Source of the DNA: Spirochaetia bacterium
Lineage (GTDB): Bacteria > Spirochaetota > Spirochaetia > UBA9216
Length of the DNA: 64,000 nucleotides
NCBI GenBank assembly: GCA_963675665.1
Contig: OY776510.1
Location: 928,001-992,000 of the forward strand
Direction: 5' to 3'
Below, piece by piece: positions 60,014 to 64,000 of this stretch. Every line of letters starts with the position of its first letter. Position 1 is the stretch's first letter. The translations under genes were made by a program, and so were the position numbers. A model generated the notes under the pieces. That model had not been told where the DNA came from, did not search any database, and saw only the letters and a program-made list of their open reading frames with translations.

Positions 60014-60698
60014 CAAAGAATATTTCAGAGAGCTTGCCGCCGGGATGCTGTTAAAGCGGTTGCCTCCAGGGTATGTAAAAAGAACGGTTCAGGAACTCCG
60101 CGATCATCTGCTCAGCAGCGGGGCTGATGATCGGTTAGATGATGTGAGAGGGATTTTGGGAGATCCCTGCGATTTGGCCGAGGAATTTCACAGGACAAGG
60201 CTTTCTCTCTCTGTTTTCGGTCGGCGCCCCCTGCTCTCCCTGACGGGACTTGCGTTTTTGCTCTACTTTTTAAAGATTGCCCTGATCTTTTTGGCAATGC
60301 AGTCGATAGGTGGGCTGTATAAAGCCCTCTTTATATCCGCAGTTTTACCGGCGGAAATGGGCTTTGTGAACTTTATACTTGCCTGTTCACCACTGCTGTT
60401 CAACCTGATGATCGTTGCAGGAGGCTGTGTTATCAGCGAACGGATGGGCCTTGATTATATATGGTCCATGACAGCCTGTGCTTCCGTTGCTGTTTTATCG
60501 TTCTGCGCGGACATGTCGTTTTACATATCGCAGCAGACGGTTTATACATGGCTGACTATAGAGATGAAGCTTTTCCGGAACAGCGGGGTAGAGCCAGTAC
60601 ATATTGCCCTGCTTCTCGGTACGTACATAACCTATGTATTGATCAGTATTTTTATTACAAAGAGAAGGATAAATGCCGTAGATGATATTCTGGCATAA
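59997..60698 (+). CDS. PadR-associated membrane protein (HAAS-like N-terminus)
   Basis: 'ELRDHL...LGDPCDLAEEF' followed by 4 TMs. Confidence 0.65.
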   Translation: MQNLRSKEYFRELAAGMLLKRLPPGYVKRTVQELRDHLLSSGADDRLDDVRGILGDPCDLAEEFHRTRLSLSVFGRRPLLSLTGLAFLLYFLKIALIFLAMQSIGGLYKALFISAVLPAEMGFVNFILACSPLLFNLMIVAGGCVISERMGLDYIWSMTACASVAVLSFCADMSFYISQQTVYTWLTIEMKLFRNSGVEPVHIALLLGTYITYVLISIFITKRRINAVDDILA

Positions 60699-60711
60699 TT
60701 TTTTTAACTAT

Positions 60712-60732
60712 ATACCTCAAGCTTTGAGGTAT
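60712..60732. promoter_or_regulatory. Second PadR operator
   Basis: atacctcaa-gct-ttgaggtat palindrome upstream of peptidase. Confidence 0.75.
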
Positions 60733-60754
60733 AAATAAATTTTATGGAGAAAAT

Positions 60755-61969
60755 ATGATTTTAAAAAAACAGCTTTCCACATTGACGGTTCTGGTATCAG
60801 TATTCCTGATGGGGGCAGGATGCGCCTCAACTCCGGAACTCTCCGATCATGACCTTGAAACAATAGACGAATTTACCACCGTTATAGTTCGCTCTGTCAA
60901 CACCGGCAATCAGTACGAGGCGGAATTGCTGCAAAGCGGTTTCCGCGAGTTGCTGCTTTATCTTGCCGAAACCGAATCTCCGGATTTTTTGAACGAAATA
61001 GGTTCGGTTAAAACTACCGGGGAATTCTCTTCCTTTATTGCCGGGCGGTTTGGAAAAACACCCATGGAGATAGGGCTTGATGCCTTTATCTACTGGGATT
61101 CCCGGGTTAAGTTTGATTATGAAGCAGGCAAGGATGATCTGCTGGAACTTACAAGCGAACATTTTCTTTATCGGTTCTACGAGGGAACAGCCGCATATGA
61201 TGATATAGACCGGATTATTTATCTTTGCGAAAAGAACGTTTCGGAACTGATTGCCTTTATTGACCAGGACCGGATCCTGACGAAACGGTTTCAAGAAAAT
61301 TTTGATTATCTGGAAAACAACAGAATAATCTTGGAGTTACCGCCGAATTCCAAACTGTGGTCGGGATTCAACAAGACTGCGCACATGCGTGTGGGTTATG
61401 ACTTCACTGAAAACGGTTTTGTTTCCGATATCAGTATCGCGCTGCCGTATTACAACAGCCTCAGTTCCTCAGTTCTTACTCACGAGATAACTCACATGAT
61501 CGATCTCCTGTTTAAAATTGATCTTTCTGAAACCGAGCGTTTTAGGGCTCCGCTGTCGGAAGATGAAGAGGCTGAATTTTCCGGGTGGTGGGAGAGTATC
61601 TTCGAAGATATTTTTCCTCATGATACGCAGTTCGGCGAAGGGTTTGCGGAATACACCGCGTACCAATACAGTATTTTTCATCATAATTTTCTTCTAAAGC
61701 CGGAAGAGAGGCTAAGGCAGACAAGGAGTCGCAGGCCGATTCGTAGCGACATTCTTAAGAAGCCGGCAATTGCCTTGAACAGATCACGGAGATTGCTGCA
61801 GTATGCCGAGCTGCAGAGCATGGTTACCTATTTAATTGAACGTTACGGTAAAGAAAAATTCGTTAAATTCTATTTCGATCCTCCGCTGACCGAAGAATGC
61901 TTTAACCGGTACTACGGCTTAAGCTATTCACAGGCAGAAGCCGAGTGGAAAATGTACTACGATTTTTAA
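60755..61969 (+). CDS. Lipoprotein zinc metallopeptidase (gluzincin/MA-like)
   Basis: Lipobox GAGC, HEITH, EGFAEY, 'YLIERYGKEKF'. Confidence 0.8.
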   Translation: MILKKQLSTLTVLVSVFLMGAGCASTPELSDHDLETIDEFTTVIVRSVNTGNQYEAELLQSGFRELLLYLAETESPDFLNEIGSVKTTGEFSSFIAGRFGKTPMEIGLDAFIYWDSRVKFDYEAGKDDLLELTSEHFLYRFYEGTAAYDDIDRIIYLCEKNVSELIAFIDQDRILTKRFQENFDYLENNRIILELPPNSKLWSGFNKTAHMRVGYDFTENGFVSDISIALPYYNSLSSSVLTHEITHMIDLLFKIDLSETERFRAPLSEDEEAEFSGWWESIFEDIFPHDTQFGEGFAEYTAYQYSIFHHNFLLKPEERLRQTRSRRPIRSDILKKPAIALNRSRRLLQYAELQSMVTYLIERYGKEKFVKFYFDPPLTEECFNRYYGLSYSQAEAEWKMYYDF

Positions 61970-62009
61970 AGGCGGCAGTTTTTTCTGAACATGTTTTCCT
62001 GCCAATTAC

Positions 62010-62038
62010 AAGCCCCCGAGATCTGTCTTCGGGGGCTT
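62010..62038. terminator. Stem-loop terminator between convergent units
   Basis: aagcccccga...tcgggggctt. Confidence 0.7.
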
Positions 62039-62063
62039 TCCGTTTAATATCAAGAATCAGGAT

Positions 62064-62097
62064 TAATTGGAAAGATTTTCTACATTAGTCAAAAAAA
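62064..62097. repeat. 24-bp palindrome, copy 5
   Basis: ggaaagattttctacattagtcaaaaa matches 4181-4206 agaagattttccacattagtcaaaaa. Confidence 0.7.
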
Positions 62098-62113
62098 CTG
62101 CCCCCAAGGGCGT

Positions 62114-62338
62114 TCACCCGCCCCCGACAGGAGGAAAGAGCGAAAGTGTATCACCACTTTTCAGAACATGCTCCGGTCTTACATGCCGCCCGTTCACCAT
62201 CATAATCGTTGCATCCTGCCTTGATATCCCCAGATGCCCGAGAATACTATCAACGCATGCGCCTTCCTGCATATTCAGGAAATTCTCCTTTTTTCGGTTA
62301 AGTCTGAGTGTTGCAAATAGTTTGACTGTGACCTGCAT
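62114..62338 (-). CDS. MoaD/ThiS family sulfur carrier
   Basis: 'VKLFATLR', 'VNG', C-terminal FPPVGGG. Confidence 0.92.
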   Translation of the reverse strand: MQVTVKLFATLRLNRKKENFLNMQEGACVDSILGHLGISRQDATIMMVNGRHVRPEHVLKSGDTLSLFPPVGGG

Positions 62339-62685
62339 CAGGATGGTATCCTCTTCTTTAACCTGAAGTTTGCCTCATTGCCCTGGTTCTTACCGTAGAA
62401 TCCGAGAGCAATACGGTAGGGCCCCGGGCAGCCGGGCGGAAGAAAGGCCACCCGGTCTCCGGGATTGATTAAATATTGAAGATCCTGGACAAAGCCGTTT
62501 ACGAATATAACCTCGATTTCCTCCGGCGCTATTCCAAGTTTTTCCGCCAGCTTACCTCCGTTGATTGGCTCTTTAAGCTCCAGAGAGAGAGGAATCTTTC
62601 CGTGGGTCTTCTTGAGATAAGAGTACAGCTGAAGAAAGCCTCTTATCTCGATTATATTTTTATTTGCTGAACCCAAGTAAAACAT
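62338..62685 (-). CDS. MoaD/ThiS-like protein without terminal GG
   Basis: 'IFVNG...INPGDRVAFLPPGCPGPYR' plus C-terminal extension. Confidence 0.75.
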   Translation of the reverse strand: MFYLGSANKNIIEIRGFLQLYSYLKKTHGKIPLSLELKEPINGGKLAEKLGIAPEEIEVIFVNGFVQDLQYLINPGDRVAFLPPGCPGPYRIALGFYGKNQGNEANFRLKKRIPS

Positions 62686-62687
62686 CC

Positions 62688-64000
62688 TTAAACCAGGACG
62701 GCCTCCCTTTCCGGCACTTCTTCCGGTTTCTGCGCTGCTTCAGGATCCGTGGAGTAATTATGGACCTGATCAATCTCTTCGGGGGTAAAATCCCAAACGA
62801 CATTATGCGGAGGCAACGGCTCATATTCAAAGAATTCCGGCAGCCGGTCATGAACATTAGTAAAGCCCGCCCTTTTATTGAAATCAAGCTCCGCCTTCAG
62901 AACCGATTCACCAAGTTTATCCAGGTCAGCAGCAGTCAGAGTTAGATCGTATTGAGCGTTCAGCATATCGATCATCGCCTGATAGCCTTCGGGATTGTCG
63001 GCTATACCGAAATATACGAACAGACACAGTCCGGAACTGTCGATCGCCGCCGTACCAATCTGCATAGCCCGGGCATACTCAATCTGTCCGTCCTTTTTCA
63101 GCGGATCCAGATCGGCTCCAACCTTCAGAATATTGCCGGAAATACAGTAGCCTGCCGTATGATCCGCTCCCATGGGGGTTGTGGCATAGGTCAGCCCGAT
63201 ACCCTTGACCGAACGGGGATCGTAGGCCGGAATTGCCTGCTCCTTGACCACCGGGACCCTGTAAAGACCGCAGGTTTTACCGACAACCGCACAGCCGCTG
63301 CCGAGAATTCTACCCAGAGGGGTGGGGGTCCTGATCTCCTTTACGGCATTCAGCACGGCCTTACCGTCTCCCCACGGAAGGAGCCCGCCCTCCATTGCCG
63401 TAGCCACCGCCACCGCAGTTTCGATGCTGTCCACACCAATATCATCCATTTCCCGGTCGATATAAGCGATAGTATCTAAATCCTTTATACCGGCATCGGC
63501 ACCCAGGCCCCAGATAGTTTCATATTCAAAACCGCTTGTGATGTACTTTCCCTTCTTGTCAGCATACCATTGCGAACACCGGATTATACAGCCCCGGTGA
63601 CAGCCGTGAGAAACCTTTCCCTCTCCGCCGCGTTCGGTGATCGTCTCATTCAGGGTTTCACCGCAGATATTGTCGTTATGATCTATCCGGCCTTCGGTAA
63701 AGTTATGTGACGGCAGGCCTCCTGCCTCATTCAGGATATTAACCAGAACATCGGTACCGTATGCGGCCAGACCCTGTCCTGCAACCGGGTGTTCCATTAA
63801 TGCTTTGGCAAAAACCCTGGAAGCAGCCCTGAATTTCTCCGGATCGGCAAGGGGAACCTTCCCTGCTCCGGCGTCGTCGATAACAATAGCCTTGACTTTC
63901 TTTGAGCCGAGAACCGCGCCCAGGCCGCCGCGACCGGCGCTCCTGATATTCCCGTCAGGATCCTTGAAAGAAATATTTGCAGAAGGTAATCCATATTCAC
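62688..64000 (-). CDS. Aldehyde:ferredoxin oxidoreductase (W/Mo-pterin), N-terminus outside window
   Basis: Open in-frame to window edge: AGRGGLGAVLGSKKVKAIV, CHRGCIIRC, EYET, YDPR, GADH, FNKRAG..DRLP. Confidence 0.93.
   Translation of the reverse strand, partial: EYGLPSANISFKDPDGNIRSAGRGGLGAVLGSKKVKAIVIDDAGAGKVPLADPEKFRAASRVFAKALMEHPVAGQGLAAYGTDVLVNILNEAGGLPSHNFTEGRIDHNDNICGETLNETITERGGEGKVSHGCHRGCIIRCSQWYADKKGKYITSGFEYETIWGLGADAGIKDLDTIAYIDREMDDIGVDSIETAVAVATAMEGGLLPWGDGKAVLNAVKEIRTPTPLGRILGSGCAVVGKTCGLYRVPVVKEQAIPAYDPRSVKGIGLTYATTPMGADHTAGYCISGNILKVGADLDPLKKDGQIEYARAMQIGTAAIDSSGLCLFVYFGIADNPEGYQAMIDMLNAQYDLTLTAADLDKLGESVLKAELDFNKRAGFTNVHDRLPEFFEYEPLPPHNVVWDFTPEEIDQVHNYSTDPEAAQKPEEVPEREAVLV

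Noticed and set aside
63797-64000. Separate 67-aa ORF suggesting a frameshifted AOR
   Set aside because: The AOR frame is open continuously from the window edge (EYGLPSANISF...KALMEHPV), so this ORF is an off-frame shadow.
1-64000. CRISPR arrays, integron attC arrays, tRNA/rRNA, and the many short antisense ORFs in the track
   Set aside because: No regularly spaced repeats, attC-like structures, integrase or RNA-gene signatures seen; the short ORFs overlap well-supported genes.

Overview
A 64 kb accessory mosaic from what is probably an anaerobic free-living spirochaete. That origin is inferred from the ...AGG/ASGxxE-type signal peptides of the TRAP binding proteins and the Treponema-like MMPL/LolA-like cluster. 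No rRNA, tRNA or CRISPR array is visible. The window is a chain of small regulator-plus-effector modules: MarR/hydrolase/ABC-2 exporter; RND-MFP-TolC; LuxR/serine hydrolase; an HcpR-type nitrosative-stress-like operon (methyltransferase, DUF438 hemerythrin-PAS, degenerate paralog, polyferredoxin); TetR/MMPL/LolA-like/outer-membrane protein; hybrid kinase/NarL regulator/amidase/APC permease; CPBP protease/flavodoxin/FMN-binding lipoprotein; a FadR-controlled double-TRAP sugar-acid catabolic locus; a GT4; an inactivated esterase; a CrtI-like oxidoreductase; MerR/aminotransferase; PadR/membrane protein/metallopeptidase; and an aldehyde:ferredoxin oxidoreductase with two MoaD-like proteins. Mobile DNA comprises an intact IS66 (16-bp IRs, 8-bp TSD), a complete class IIC group II intron inserted behind a terminator with an atypical GUUUG 5' end, an internally deleted ISNCY-type element, and several patchwork remnants of one rve-type transposase. 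The most unexpected signal is a 24-bp palindrome resembling two back-to-back TTTTCCACA DnaA-type boxes. It lies just upstream of that transposase and survives at five positions, all at module junctions.
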